From Schaalia odontolytica (GTDB taxonomy: Bacteria > Actinomycetota > Actinomycetes > Actinomycetales > Actinomycetaceae): a stretch of DNA of 32,000 nt. The stretch lies in contig NZ_CP040006.1 in the NCBI RefSeq assembly GCF_005696695.1, positions 1,980,001-2,012,000 of the forward strand, read 5' to 3'. The notes below the pieces were generated by a model. The model saw only the letters and a program-made list of their open reading frames with translations, had not been told where the DNA came from and ran no database searches. This document shows, piece after piece, positions 14,901 through 22,958 of the stretch. How positions within the stretch are numbered: the stretch's first letter is position 1; every line of letters starts with the position of its first letter. A program made the position numbers and the translations under genes.

Positions 14901-16144
14901 GCGTCGGCCGCGCACACGCCGAAGCGACCGTAGGGCTGGTGGAGCGCGGCCGCATACGACGCGAGTGCGGCGCGTACCTGGCGCAGGCGGGCGCGCATCT
15001 CGTCAACGCTTGCCTGGTCGACGACGGGCGAGGTGTCCTCCATCGCGGCGCTCACGCGCGCTGCCAGGGTCTTACGCGCGTCGGAATAGCCGTCGATATT
15101 CGCCACGATGTCGGCGAGGCCCAGATCGGCCAGGCGCGTGTAGGCGGCGATTGAACGCGACGGGGAGGTCGACACGTGCAGGACCGACCGACCGGTGGCG
15201 GCAGCGTCCGCGAGGATCGCCGCGACGACCGACGCGTCGTCACTGTGCGCGGGGATGTCGATGAAGACGCTACGCCCGTCGGAGGCGGCCTCGACCGCGT
15301 CCTGCTGGGAGGGAATCAGGTCGCCGATGCCCTTTTCCGCCCACGGGTCTCGGTCAGCGGGGTTGGGAACCGGAGCCTCGGAACGCAAGTCATTGCGCGC
15401 GTCCTGGTCGCCCGCGAGCGCGCGGATCACCTGAGAGTCTTCGAGGGCGGTGACGTCCTCGGCCAGGCTGGCGGCGAGGGCACCGGCCGGGTGGCAGAAC
15501 AGGCCGATCACGAGGTCGTCGCGGACCTCGAAACGCGGCAGGGCGGCGCAGGCCTCGCGCAAAGCTGCCATCGCCTGGGAGGAGGAGAACCCATGTGCGC
15601 CGCTCGCCTGCGCGAGGATCGTGTCCCCGTCCACGTCGAGGCCGTGGCTGCGCAGTGCCTCGGACAGTTCGGGCGCGAGCAGGCCGCCGCGTCCGAGCGC
15701 AATGAGCACGTCGTCGTCGCGGCGCACGAGGCGCACGGGGCGCAGCAGGGCGGGCACGGTGACGGCGTCGGTTCCGTTACGCCACGAGGCGGTCCCGATT
15801 CCCAGGTGGATGGGGCCTGTCCCGTGCGCGGAGGCGCGCTGCTCGGAGCGCGCGATGATGGAACGGGCGCGCTCGAGGGCGCGGCCCAGAGCAATGGGTT
15901 CGCGAATGAGGAGGCTCAGGCGGACGGGGTGTTCCGTGTAGAGCTGGGCGAGGCCTCCGGGGTGCGCGCCGGACAGGGACAGCGTCGGCAGGGACGTGGA
16001 GTCTGCGGCGATGTCCTGGTCGAGGCGTGAGCGCCACGCATCGCGCGCAGAGCCGACGAGGGTGGTCGGGTGCGTCGACGTGGACGAGGCTTCGGTGGCC
16101 TCGGGCTCGGGTGCGGGACGGCGCGAAAAGATACTAGGAACCAC
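11948..16144 (-). CDS. Large SF1 (Upf1/DNA2-like) helicase-related protein with DUF4011-like N-terminus, REase-like (MTES_1575/DUF559-type) domain, acidic linker and DUF3320-like C-terminus. The Walker A and B positions are degenerate.
   Basis: Domain order was read from the translation. Where this family has GPPGTGKS, this protein reads FIDIPAHSDDAS (about nt 15233-15265). Where it has the DE of motif II, it reads VDVVVLDGADG (about nt 13631-13660). The GTG start at 16144 is uncertain. Confidence 0.8.
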   Translation of the reverse strand: MVPSIFSRRPAPEPEATEASSTSTHPTTLVGSARDAWRSRLDQDIAADSTSLPTLSLSGAHPGGLAQLYTEHPVRLSLLIREPIALGRALERARSIIARSEQRASAHGTGPIHLGIGTASWRNGTDAVTVPALLRPVRLVRRDDDVLIALGRGGLLAPELSEALRSHGLDVDGDTILAQASGAHGFSSSQAMAALREACAALPRFEVRDDLVIGLFCHPAGALAASLAEDVTALEDSQVIRALAGDQDARNDLRSEAPVPNPADRDPWAEKGIGDLIPSQQDAVEAASDGRSVFIDIPAHSDDASVVAAILADAAATGRSVLHVSTSPSRSIAAYTRLADLGLADIVANIDGYSDARKTLAARVSAAMEDTSPVVDQASVDEMRARLRQVRAALASYAAALHQPYGRFGVCAADALRALTDLTSGENPPTTRVRLDEKTLYDIAVDQGESARALLREALASGTLSGSASSAWGNAVLTSDEQASDVLLRVDRLSKTLPELRVHIAAVAGEAGIKPAGTLAQWDRQLAMFDGIADVLDVFLPRVFERSAADMVIATAPKQWRKDHDISMGRSERNRLVKQAQDLVRPGVHVPDLHRALIRVQERRDAWCAVCGDDSWPILPAKIGEISALTDAVRDDLDAIAPVFVAEEPDLVGTHLQRLTTLIERWAGDTSAAREVPARLQMRERLAAHGLDKLAQDLADREVEDAAIDTELDLAWWASLLRAMLASQPALGGVDPASLEELLREGCELDEAQVASLIPQAITGVRRIRTNALAARPSQYEELRDLLADGTAPSDLDLLASYPLVRHLLPVLMTVPSMVPALAPTGRTVDVVVLDGADGLPLAELAPIIARGHQLVVIDDLTGASEGGATRELADVLPVVRVEPGPRRLNDQVALLLARYGYEHAGIPVPWTASNAPVSARWVEATGMPAPGAHAIESTAAEVRAVVDAVIEHAVEAPERSLAVVALSERHAQRIREALESVKADEPGLTSFFDPATPEPFVVVGPDQVAGLTRESLILSVGFAKTPHGRVIHDFGVLSSEEGADALAEVLRVVRGDLTLVSALHSEEIDRDRLGHEGARMLVDLLEIAEGHAGEGMDAWPVLAGEPDRLLVDLAEHLYSRGLEVVANVGIPGGMRIPLAIGHPESPGRLLLAVLTDDEEYLAEPSQRVRDRARPRWLEAQGWAVYTALSMPLFIDPDKEASLVVDAVLDALDKLRATDDEPAVEVPERIADDEVADERVEERVEEASSDDGAEEEDDASDASASPRMPMLDDGLDEESKRRKKADEDTTGMLLAIKRKERASEENRGPRPAIAKGLPLAAYSDDQLDEMAAWVRSDGVERTDLETAEELREALGITRRGFQSDAVLGNVVRRTKPASVQDADEPSDEDAAPGDSTDE

Positions 16145-16169
16145 GTTTTAACCCTACGGCAGCACCGCC

Positions 16170-17087
16170 CTATTGTGTGACGCGGCGCGCCCGGAGGAGG
16201 TCGACAACGGAAATCGTCACAACCGCGCCGATGATGAGGGCCATGCCGACGATGTCGATCGCCGTGTAGTTGCTTCCCATGATGAGAGCGGAAAAGGCGG
16301 TCGCGGCGATGGGCTCGAGGCTCCCGATGAGCGAGGCCTTGACGGGCCCAATGCGGTCCACGCCCCACAGGAAGGCGGTGGAGGCGACGGCGGTGCCGAG
16401 GACGACGGTGATGAACATGGCGAGCACGACGTCGGGCGTCCAGGTGATGTCGAATCGCCACACTCGACCGACCAGGCCGACGCACGCACCCGCGATCAGC
16501 AGGCCGTATGCCACGACGACGTCCGCGCCATAGGCCGCAATGAGCCGAGCGGGAAGCAGCGTGTATGTCGCCAGCGTGAGCGCGGCGACGGCACCCCAGG
16601 CGAGGGCAGTGGGCGTAATGACGAGGGAGTCCAGCGACCCGTGCGTGCACAGCAGGAAGGTGCCGGTCACGGCGAGGACGATGGCGATCACCTCGGAGGC
16701 ACGCGGCCATCGCCTGTGGGTGAGGCACACCCAAACGACGATGAGGATGAGACCCAGGTACTCAAGGACGGTGCCGGTGCCCGCGTTCGACGCGCGAATT
16801 ACCCCCATGTAGGTGATCTGACAGGCCGCGAGCCCAAAAACCGCGTAGATCACGAGGTCACGCCAGTTGCGAGGTGTGGACACCAATTCTCGATGACGAG
16901 CGGAGACCCCGCGCGAGCGCGCGAGAACGTAGGCGAGGGCGAGAATGCCCGAGACGAACATGCGGAAGAAGCTGATGAGGGTCAGCTCGATACCGTGATG
17001 CTCCATGAGGTAGTCGGCGGAGACACCGGAGGCGCCCCAACACAGGGCGGCGACGACGGTCACGAGATACCCGAGAGCGTTGCGCAT
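16170..17087 (-). CDS. EamA/DMT-family transporter (10 TM)
   Basis: It has two EamA-like halves (LVTVVAALCWGASGVSADYLME...; ...LLPARLIAAYGADVVVAYGLLIAG...). GAAGGA lies upstream of the ATG at 17087. Confidence 0.85.
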   Translation of the reverse strand: MRNALGYLVTVVAALCWGASGVSADYLMEHHGIELTLISFFRMFVSGILALAYVLARSRGVSARHRELVSTPRNWRDLVIYAVFGLAACQITYMGVIRASNAGTGTVLEYLGLILIVVWVCLTHRRWPRASEVIAIVLAVTGTFLLCTHGSLDSLVITPTALAWGAVAALTLATYTLLPARLIAAYGADVVVAYGLLIAGACVGLVGRVWRFDITWTPDVVLAMFITVVLGTAVASTAFLWGVDRIGPVKASLIGSLEPIAATAFSALIMGSNYTAIDIVGMALIIGAVVTISVVDLLRARRVTQ

Positions 17088-17102
17088 GGCGTCCTTCTAC
17101 TG

Positions 17103-17175
17103 TGCCCCCGAGACGATTCGAACGTCCGACACCCGCTTTAGGAGAGCGGTGCTCTATCCCCTGAGCTACGAGGGC
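17103..17175 (-). tRNA. tRNA-Arg (anticodon CCT), 73 nt, CCA not encoded
   Basis: Hand-folded: GCCCTCG TA GCTC AGGGGATA GAGC A CCGCT CTCCTAA AGCGG GTGTC GGACG TTCGAAT CGTCT CGGGGGC A. Confidence 0.92.
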
Positions 17176-17328
17176 GTGACAAGTTGTCCGCGCCCACTGT
17201 AGCAAAGTGCGCGCACCGCTGCCCTGCAACCCCCGTGCGGAGAGCCTCACCTCGGCGGGCTTTCAACCCCACACACGCACGAGGCCGGGGCACCCACGTG
17301 GGAACCCCGACCTCGAGACCGTATGCGT

Positions 17329-18261
17329 TTAGCGGCGCTCCCATTCGGTGTGCACGGCCGTTCCCGCATCCCCAAGGTGGGCGGAGGGAACGATCATAAC
17401 CGGGCAGGTCGAGTGCCCGAGCACCGTCTGCGACGTCGAACCGAGAAGCACGCCGGCCAGCCCTCCGCGTCCGCGGGTACCGACGACGACCAGGTCGACC
17501 GCGGTGGAGAACTCGATGAGCAGAGAAGCCGCTGAGCCGTCGAGGGCGTGGCGGGAGACGTGCAAGTCATCGCCGTCCAGGGCGGCGGCGATCGCAGTAT
17601 CCATTCCCTCGCGCACCTGCGCGAGCAGGGCCGAGTGATCGACGCCCGTGGGGGTCCACGTCATGACGGACGGGCCCACCGCGATCGGCACGGCGGACAC
17701 CGCGGTCAGGCGCGCATCCCACAGGCGGGCCTCGCCGATCGCGCGCTTGAGCGCGCACGAGGGCTGATCGGTGCCGTCGATACCAACGACGACGCGCTCG
17801 ACGGGCGTGAACTTCTTGCCCGAGGTGTGGCGGGGTACAACGACGACGGGGCACTTCGAGTGCGCGGGCAGAGCCGACGAAACGGTACCGAGGAGACGAT
17901 CAGCGAATCCGCCGCCGCCGCGGGAACCAACGACGATCATGTCCACCTCAGCGGAAAAGTCGATGAGCACCCCCGCCGGGTCTCCGGGCTCGGTCGAACC
18001 CGAGACATGCGTCGCTCCGCGTTCGCGTGCCAGGGCCTTTGCCTCCTCGACAACCTGTTCGGCGCCCGCCTTCAGGGCCTCATCGTCGAGAACGGCGTAT
18101 CCGCCGTCCAAAGCGGCAGCAGAGTACGAGGCCAGCGCGTAGGTACACAGGCAATGGATGCGCGCTCCGGTGCGCGCGCCGCGATCAGCGGCCCATTTGA
18201 CGGCGGCAAGGCTCTCCGTCGAGCCATCGACACCGACCAGAATGACTTCGGTAGAACTCAT
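17329..18261 (-). CDS. Universal stress protein with tandem Usp domains
   Basis: It has two Usp repeats (ILVGVDGS...AVKWAA...MIVVGSRGGGGFADRLLGTVSSALPAHSKCPVVVV and VVVGIDGT...LVVVGTRGRGGLAGVLLGSTSQTVLGHSTCPVMIV). The start is at MSSTEV (18261), preceded by GAGGAGGA. Confidence 0.85.
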   Translation of the reverse strand: MSSTEVILVGVDGSTESLAAVKWAADRGARTGARIHCLCTYALASYSAAALDGGYAVLDDEALKAGAEQVVEEAKALARERGATHVSGSTEPGDPAGVLIDFSAEVDMIVVGSRGGGGFADRLLGTVSSALPAHSKCPVVVVPRHTSGKKFTPVERVVVGIDGTDQPSCALKRAIGEARLWDARLTAVSAVPIAVGPSVMTWTPTGVDHSALLAQVREGMDTAIAAALDGDDLHVSRHALDGSAASLLIEFSTAVDLVVVGTRGRGGLAGVLLGSTSQTVLGHSTCPVMIVPSAHLGDAGTAVHTEWERR

Positions 18262-18342
18262 GATGTCCTCCTCGTGGTGGCAGTCACTTATATTGTGCCG
18301 CATTTTAACGATCCGCGAAAGCCCAACCCGAGCACAAACAGC

Positions 18343-18374
18343 GATCCCCGCAGCCCGTGGGGGCTGCGGGGATC
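18343..18374 (-). terminator. Hairpin terminator after the NlpC/P60 gene
   Basis: A perfect 14-bp stem GATCCCCGCAGCCC / GGGCTGCGGGGATC with a 4-nt loop. On the minus strand it is followed by GCTGTTTGTG. Confidence 0.55.
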
Positions 18375-18394
18375 ATCAGCTATGTGTCGCAGGC

Positions 18395-19144
18395 TCAGTA
18401 GCGCACGTAGGTGGCGCCAGGGCGGACCGGCGAGACCTGGGAGAGACGGCCGGGCACCGTGGCCTCGACCATCTGGCCGCCGCCGATGTAGATGGCGACG
18501 TGGCCGGGGTAGGACACGATGTCGCCGGGCTGCGGGTCGGACACGATGGTGCCACCAGCGGTCTGAGCGGACGAGGAGTGCGGCAGGGGGATGCCGGCAG
18601 CCGCGTACGCGTACTTGACCAGGCCGGAGCAGTCGAGACCGTTGACGGACTCGCCACCGTAGACGTAGGGGATGCCGGTCAGGCCGAGGGCAGTGGCGAC
18701 GATGCTGCCACCGGCCGCGTTCAGGGCAGCCTGACGGGCGGAGGTGTCGGCGGTCTCGTCAGCGCGAGACTCCGAGCGGGAAGCGGCCGAGTCGGACTGA
18801 TCGGCGGCGGGGGTCGCGGCAGCGGGGGCCGGCGCGGGAGCCTCGGCGGTCGCGGAAGCTGTGACGTCCTCTTCAGCGGTCCATTCGATGTCCGGGACCT
18901 CAACGGTGGTCACATCATCGACGGCGACGGTCGTCGTGTTGAGGTCAGCGCTCTGCGGCTCAGACTGGGGGGTCGCCGGGGCGGCGTTCGCAACGCCGGC
19001 GGCAATCGCGGTCAGCGCAACACCGGCGGCCGACGCGAAAGCGATCGGACGGGCGGCGCCGGAAACGTTCATACCCTCAACGACCGAGTCGGTCAGCGGG
19101 CGACGTGCCATGCGGTGACGCGGAGCAGGCTTAATAGTCTTCAC
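18395..19144 (-). CDS. Secreted NlpC/P60 (C40) peptidoglycan endopeptidase
   Basis: The C-terminal catalytic domain reads GIPYVYGGESVNGLDCSGLVKYAYAAAGIPLPHSSSAQ...GDIVSYPGHVAIYIGGGQMVEA. An N-terminal signal-like segment is present. The GTG start at 19144 lies 6 nt after GGGAGA. Confidence 0.85.
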   Translation of the reverse strand: MKTIKPAPRHRMARRPLTDSVVEGMNVSGAARPIAFASAAGVALTAIAAGVANAAPATPQSEPQSADLNTTTVAVDDVTTVEVPDIEWTAEEDVTASATAEAPAPAPAAATPAADQSDSAASRSESRADETADTSARQAALNAAGGSIVATALGLTGIPYVYGGESVNGLDCSGLVKYAYAAAGIPLPHSSSAQTAGGTIVSDPQPGDIVSYPGHVAIYIGGGQMVEATVPGRLSQVSPVRPGATYVRY

Positions 19145-19159
19145 TCATGTTCTCCCTGT

Positions 19160-19320
19160 TTCCCTGCGAGGTTAGCTGTCGGGTTCGGACGGGAGGTCCG
19201 GCTCGGCGTGCGAGCTTCACCCCAAGGCTCAAGGAGCCACATCTGGGTTCCCCGCGTGAGACGATTTTTCCGCTCCATTCGTCGTCTCACTTCGGGTTCC
19301 GAATGGGCGGGTGGTCTGAT
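19160..19320 (-). promoter_or_regulatory. ydaO/yuaA-type (cyclic-di-AMP) riboswitch-like leader of the NlpC/P60 gene
   Basis: The minus strand reads ...ACGCGGGGAACCCA...GGGGTGAAG...TCCGAACCCGACAGCTAACCTCGCAGGGAAACAGGGAGAAC-ATGA-GTG. These blocks match the conserved segments of the ydaO motif as I remember them. The boundaries are approximate. Confidence 0.7.
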
Positions 19321-19331
19321 GACCGATATGA

Positions 19332-19361
19332 ACTATACCTTGGCCGACCGGTCAATGTCAC
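19332..19361 (-). promoter_or_regulatory. Candidate housekeeping-type promoter for the riboswitch leader: GTGACA - 18 nt - TATAGT
   Basis: Read on the minus strand (-35 at 19361-19356, -10 at 19337-19332), just upstream of the conserved riboswitch blocks. Confidence 0.35.
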
Positions 19362-19480
19362 GTTCTGGTAACAGTGACCCTCCTCATCGTTACCATTTCG
19401 TGACATTTGCACCCCCAGGATCCCAGGAAAAACTCACCTCTCACACACGTTTCGCGATTCGAGACACACCCCGTAGACGA

Positions 19481-19506
19481 CAAAAGCCGGGGCTTATCGC
19501 CCCGGC
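19481..19506 (-). terminator. Rho-independent terminator of the DtxR/IdeR gene
   Basis: On the minus strand: GCCGGGGC-gataa-GCCCCGGC followed by TTTTG. Confidence 0.6.
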
Positions 19507-19524
19507 CTCGTCAATTGTCAGCGC

Positions 19525-20202
19525 TCACTCACCCCGCACGAAAAGGTGCGCGGCCAGCGCCATCGGAATCGTCAGGTAACCGCGAACCTCGCCGGCCTCG
19601 TCGAGAGCGGCGACACGCACGACGTCACCGTGCGCCGAAAGCCCCACGCGAGCGCCCGGACGCAGGCCCAGCTCATCAAAGGAGGCAAGCAGCTCCGCAT
19701 CCGCCTGAATCGGCTCGCCAATGCGCGCCAGCGTGAGGGCACCCGCCTCAAGCGAACGCACCGCCAGCTCAGCAGAATAGGCGCCCTCCAGCGGCGCACA
19801 GCCGGGCATAGGGTTGCCGTAGGGGTCCACGCAGGTATTGCTGAGCAGCTCCTCCAGGCGCGCCTCGACGGCGTCGCTCATCACATGCTCCCAGCGGCAC
19901 GCCTCGTCGTGCACCTGCGCCCAGTCCATACCGATCACGTCGAGGAGGAGGCGCTCGGCCAGGCGATGCTTACGCAGCACCTCGGTGGCGTGTGCCCGGC
20001 CAGTGTCAGTCAGCTCGAGGCGACGATCGCCCATGACGTGCAACAGCCCGTCGCGCTCCATGCGCGCGACCGTCTGCGAGACCGTCGGCCCGGAGTGCCC
20101 CAGGCGGTCGACGATGCGCGCACGCAAGGGGGTGACCCCATCCTCCTCGAGCTCGAGGATGGTCTTGAGGTACATCTCTGTGGTGTCGATCAGGTCTGCC
20201 AT
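19525..20202 (-). CDS. ideR: DtxR/IdeR-family iron-dependent repressor with a C-terminal SH3-like domain
   Basis: The start is at [15 protein letters not shown] (ATG at 20202, preceded by AAGGAGG). My count finds the DtxR metal ligands at canonical numbering: M10, H79, E83, H98, C102, E105 and H106. Confidence 0.9.
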   Translation of the reverse strand: MADLIDTTEMYLKTILELEEDGVTPLRARIVDRLGHSGPTVSQTVARMERDGLLHVMGDRRLELTDTGRAHATEVLRKHRLAERLLLDVIGMDWAQVHDEACRWEHVMSDAVEARLEELLSNTCVDPYGNPMPGCAPLEGAYSAELAVRSLEAGALTLARIGEPIQADAELLASFDELGLRPGARVGLSAHGDVVRVAALDEAGEVRGYLTIPMALAAHLFVRGE

Positions 20203-20375
20203 GACGCCCTCCTTTATCAGGCATGTAATAAACACAGAATAGGGTCACCTTCCTTCCCGCAAGCGCAACGACGCGTTGATGCGGAAAAACGGGCGTGTCG
20301 GCGTGGGCGCCCTCACGATAATTCGATTAATGAACGTGATGGAAATACCCGACCCGAGGAGACTAGGCTGTTGCC

Positions 20376-21503
20376 ATGGTGGCTTTCCCCGACATCCCCC
20401 AGGCCCTCCTCCCCACTGACGGACGCTTCGGCTGCGGCCCCTCCAAGGTGCGCGCCGCACAGCTCGAGGCGCTCTCCTCCCCTCTCCTCATGGGTACCTC
20501 CCACCGCGCAACGCCTGTGCGCGACGTGGTCGCCTCGCTGAAGGACGGACTACGCACCCTTCTGTCGGTCCCCAGCGACTACGAGGTCGTCCTGGGCAAC
20601 GGCGGCGCCTCCGCATTCTGGGACGTGGCCTGCGCGTGCCTCATCTCTTCTCGCGCGGAGTTCGGCTCCTGGGGCGCATTTGGCGCGAAGTTCGCCTCCG
20701 AGGCGGCCCGCGCGCCCCACCTCACTACCCCCCTCATCGACGAGGCCGCGCACGGTTCTCTCGTTACCGTGTCCCCACGCGGGGCTTCAGAGGGCGTCGA
20801 CGTCTACGCCTACCCCCACAACGAGACCTCCACCGGCGTCACCTCTCCCGTCTACCGGGTCGAGGTACCCGACGCGCTCACCCTCGTGGACGGCACGTCG
20901 ATCGCGGGGGCCGCACCCGTCGACCTGACCCAGGTCGACGCCTACTACTTCTCCCTCCAAAAGGCCCTCGGGTCCGACGGTGGCCTGTGGGTCGCACTCC
21001 TCTCCCCCGCCGCCGTCGAGCGCGCCCGCCGCGTCGAGGAGAGCGCCGACGGACGCTGGGTCCCGCAGTTCCTCTCCCTGTCCGCAGCCATCGACAACTC
21101 GCGCAAGGACCAGACCCTCAACACTCCCGCGCTCGCAACAATCATCATGGCGGAGCGCCAGGTCCGCTGGCTCCTCAAGCGCGGCGGGATGGACGCGGTG
21201 AGCGCCCACTGCGCCCAGGCCTCGTCCCTCATCTACGACTGGGCCGAAGCGAATCTGGCCGCACGCCCCTTCGTGGACAACCCGGCGTGGCGCTCCCCCG
21301 TGACCGCCACGATCGAGATCGACGAGGCCGTCAGCACCTCTGAGCTGGCCGCGCACCTGCGCGCACGAGGGATCGTCGATATCGGCGCCTACCGCGGCGT
21401 GGGCGCCAACCAGCTGCGCATCGGAACGTGGCCGAGCGTGGAGGTCGAGGACGTGGAGGCCCTCCTCGCCTGCATCGACTACTGCCTGGAGCGCGTGCTC
21501 TAA
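20376..21503 (+). CDS. serC: Phosphoserine aminotransferase (actinobacterial type)
   Basis: The N-terminus ...PTDGRFGCGPSKVRAAQLEAL resembles mycobacterial SerC (DGRFGSGPSKVR). The length of 375 aa fits. Confidence 0.88.
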   Translation: MVAFPDIPQALLPTDGRFGCGPSKVRAAQLEALSSPLLMGTSHRATPVRDVVASLKDGLRTLLSVPSDYEVVLGNGGASAFWDVACACLISSRAEFGSWGAFGAKFASEAARAPHLTTPLIDEAAHGSLVTVSPRGASEGVDVYAYPHNETSTGVTSPVYRVEVPDALTLVDGTSIAGAAPVDLTQVDAYYFSLQKALGSDGGLWVALLSPAAVERARRVEESADGRWVPQFLSLSAAIDNSRKDQTLNTPALATIIMAERQVRWLLKRGGMDAVSAHCAQASSLIYDWAEANLAARPFVDNPAWRSPVTATIEIDEAVSTSELAAHLRARGIVDIGAYRGVGANQLRIGTWPSVEVEDVEALLACIDYCLERVL

Positions 21504-21522
21504 GTCCCTCGCCCTGCGCCGA

Positions 21523-22812
21523 TCAGATCGGGTCGACCGAACGGCGCGGCGCGTCCACGGAGGAATCCGCCTCGATGCCCACCCACGGGAACGAGCAGCG
21601 GCGCACGACGCGCCCCTTCCAGTGGATCATCGCCCACGCTCCGCAGATGAGCGCGATGCCGAGGGAGGCGATGCCGCCGACCAGGATCGACCAGCGCGCC
21701 CCAAACATGGTCCCCACCCAGCCGACGAGCGGCGAGCCGATCGGTGTCGCACCCAGGAAAACGAGGGAATACAGGGCCATGACGCGCCCGCGCTTGTCGG
21801 GATCGGTGCGCGTCTGTACGAGGGCGTTCGCACTCGTATTCATCGTCAGCATGCCAAAGCCCGTGGGAATCGACAGGAGGGCAAACCACCAGTACGAGGG
21901 CGATAGACCCAGCAAGATCTCGGCGGTCCCGTAGAAGGCGGCACCCATGAGAATCGTGCGCAGGCGAGGAGCGCGGCGCGCCGCTCCCGTGGATCCGAGA
22001 ATCGAACCGAAGGCCATGAAGGTCGAGAGAATGCCAAAAGATCCGGCGGCCTTCCCGAACACCGTCGTCGCCATGAGAGCGCTCGTCATCTGGAAGTTCA
22101 TGCCAAGCGCGCTCACAACGAAGATCAGCGCGAGGATGATGCGAATGTCGGTGCGGCTGTGCACGTAGACGACGGACTCGCGCAGCTGGCCGCGGGCGCG
22201 CGGCACGAGCGTGCGCGGATACAGTCGGTCACCGCGCATGAGGGCCAGCGCGATGACGGGGGCCATGAACATGACCGCATCGATGATGAACACCGGGCCG
22301 ATCCCCCACCAGTCGATGAAGAAGCCCGCGGAGGCCGGGCCGATGAGGCGCGCGGTATGGAAGGCCGTGGCGTTCAGGGCAACGGCGTTCGCCATCTTGT
22401 CCTGAGGCACGAGCTCGCCCACGAAGGCCTGGCGCGCCGGGGTATCGACGGCGGAGATAGTCCCCGAGATGAACGCCAGGATGTACTGGTGCCAGAGCTC
22501 GCCCGTCCCCGTTAGAACCACGATGCCGATGATGAGGGAGACGAGACCGACCCCCGTCTGCGTGCACTGCAGGAGGCGGCGCCCGGGGACGCGATCCGCG
22601 AGGACCCCCGCCCACGCCGAAAACAGGATGATCGGCAGGAACTGCAGAGCGGTGACCACGCCAACCTGCGAGGCATCGTGATCGGTGAGAACCGTCAGCA
22701 CGTACCAGTCCTGGGCGACGCGCTGAAGCCACACGCCCGTCGACGCAATGAGCGAGGCGACGAACCAGTACCGGTAGTTCACGTAGCGCATGGATGCAAA
22801 CGTTGCCGACAT
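21523..22812 (-). CDS. MFS transporter (EntS/MFS_3-like, 12 TM)
   Basis: It begins NYRYWFVASLIASTGVWLQRVAQDWYVLTV...LPIILFSAWAGVLADR, a typical N-terminus for this MFS subfamily. GGGAGGAA lies upstream of the ATG at 22812. Confidence 0.85.
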   Translation of the reverse strand: MSATFASMRYVNYRYWFVASLIASTGVWLQRVAQDWYVLTVLTDHDASQVGVVTALQFLPIILFSAWAGVLADRVPGRRLLQCTQTGVGLVSLIIGIVVLTGTGELWHQYILAFISGTISAVDTPARQAFVGELVPQDKMANAVALNATAFHTARLIGPASAGFFIDWWGIGPVFIIDAVMFMAPVIALALMRGDRLYPRTLVPRARGQLRESVVYVHSRTDIRIILALIFVVSALGMNFQMTSALMATTVFGKAAGSFGILSTFMAFGSILGSTGAARRAPRLRTILMGAAFYGTAEILLGLSPSYWWFALLSIPTGFGMLTMNTSANALVQTRTDPDKRGRVMALYSLVFLGATPIGSPLVGWVGTMFGARWSILVGGIASLGIALICGAWAMIHWKGRVVRRCSFPWVGIEADSSVDAPRRSVDPI

Positions 22813-22903
22813 GCCGTTCCTCCCTCTCTCAATTCACGCACTGTACGAGGCAGGGGCTGACGGCGCTGACCGGCCCCCATCGGTGCACCTTCCCAGGATA
22901 CGA

Positions 22904-22936
22904 CCGCCCCGCCGGAGGAAGGCTCCGGCGGGGCGG
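22904..22936 (-). terminator. Hairpin after the NCS2 permease gene
   Basis: A perfect 14-bp stem CCGCCCCGCCGGAG / CTCCGGCGGGGCGG with a 5-nt loop. The U-tract is weak. Confidence 0.5.
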
Positions 22937-22958
22937 GAAGGGTATGAAGCGTGACGAA

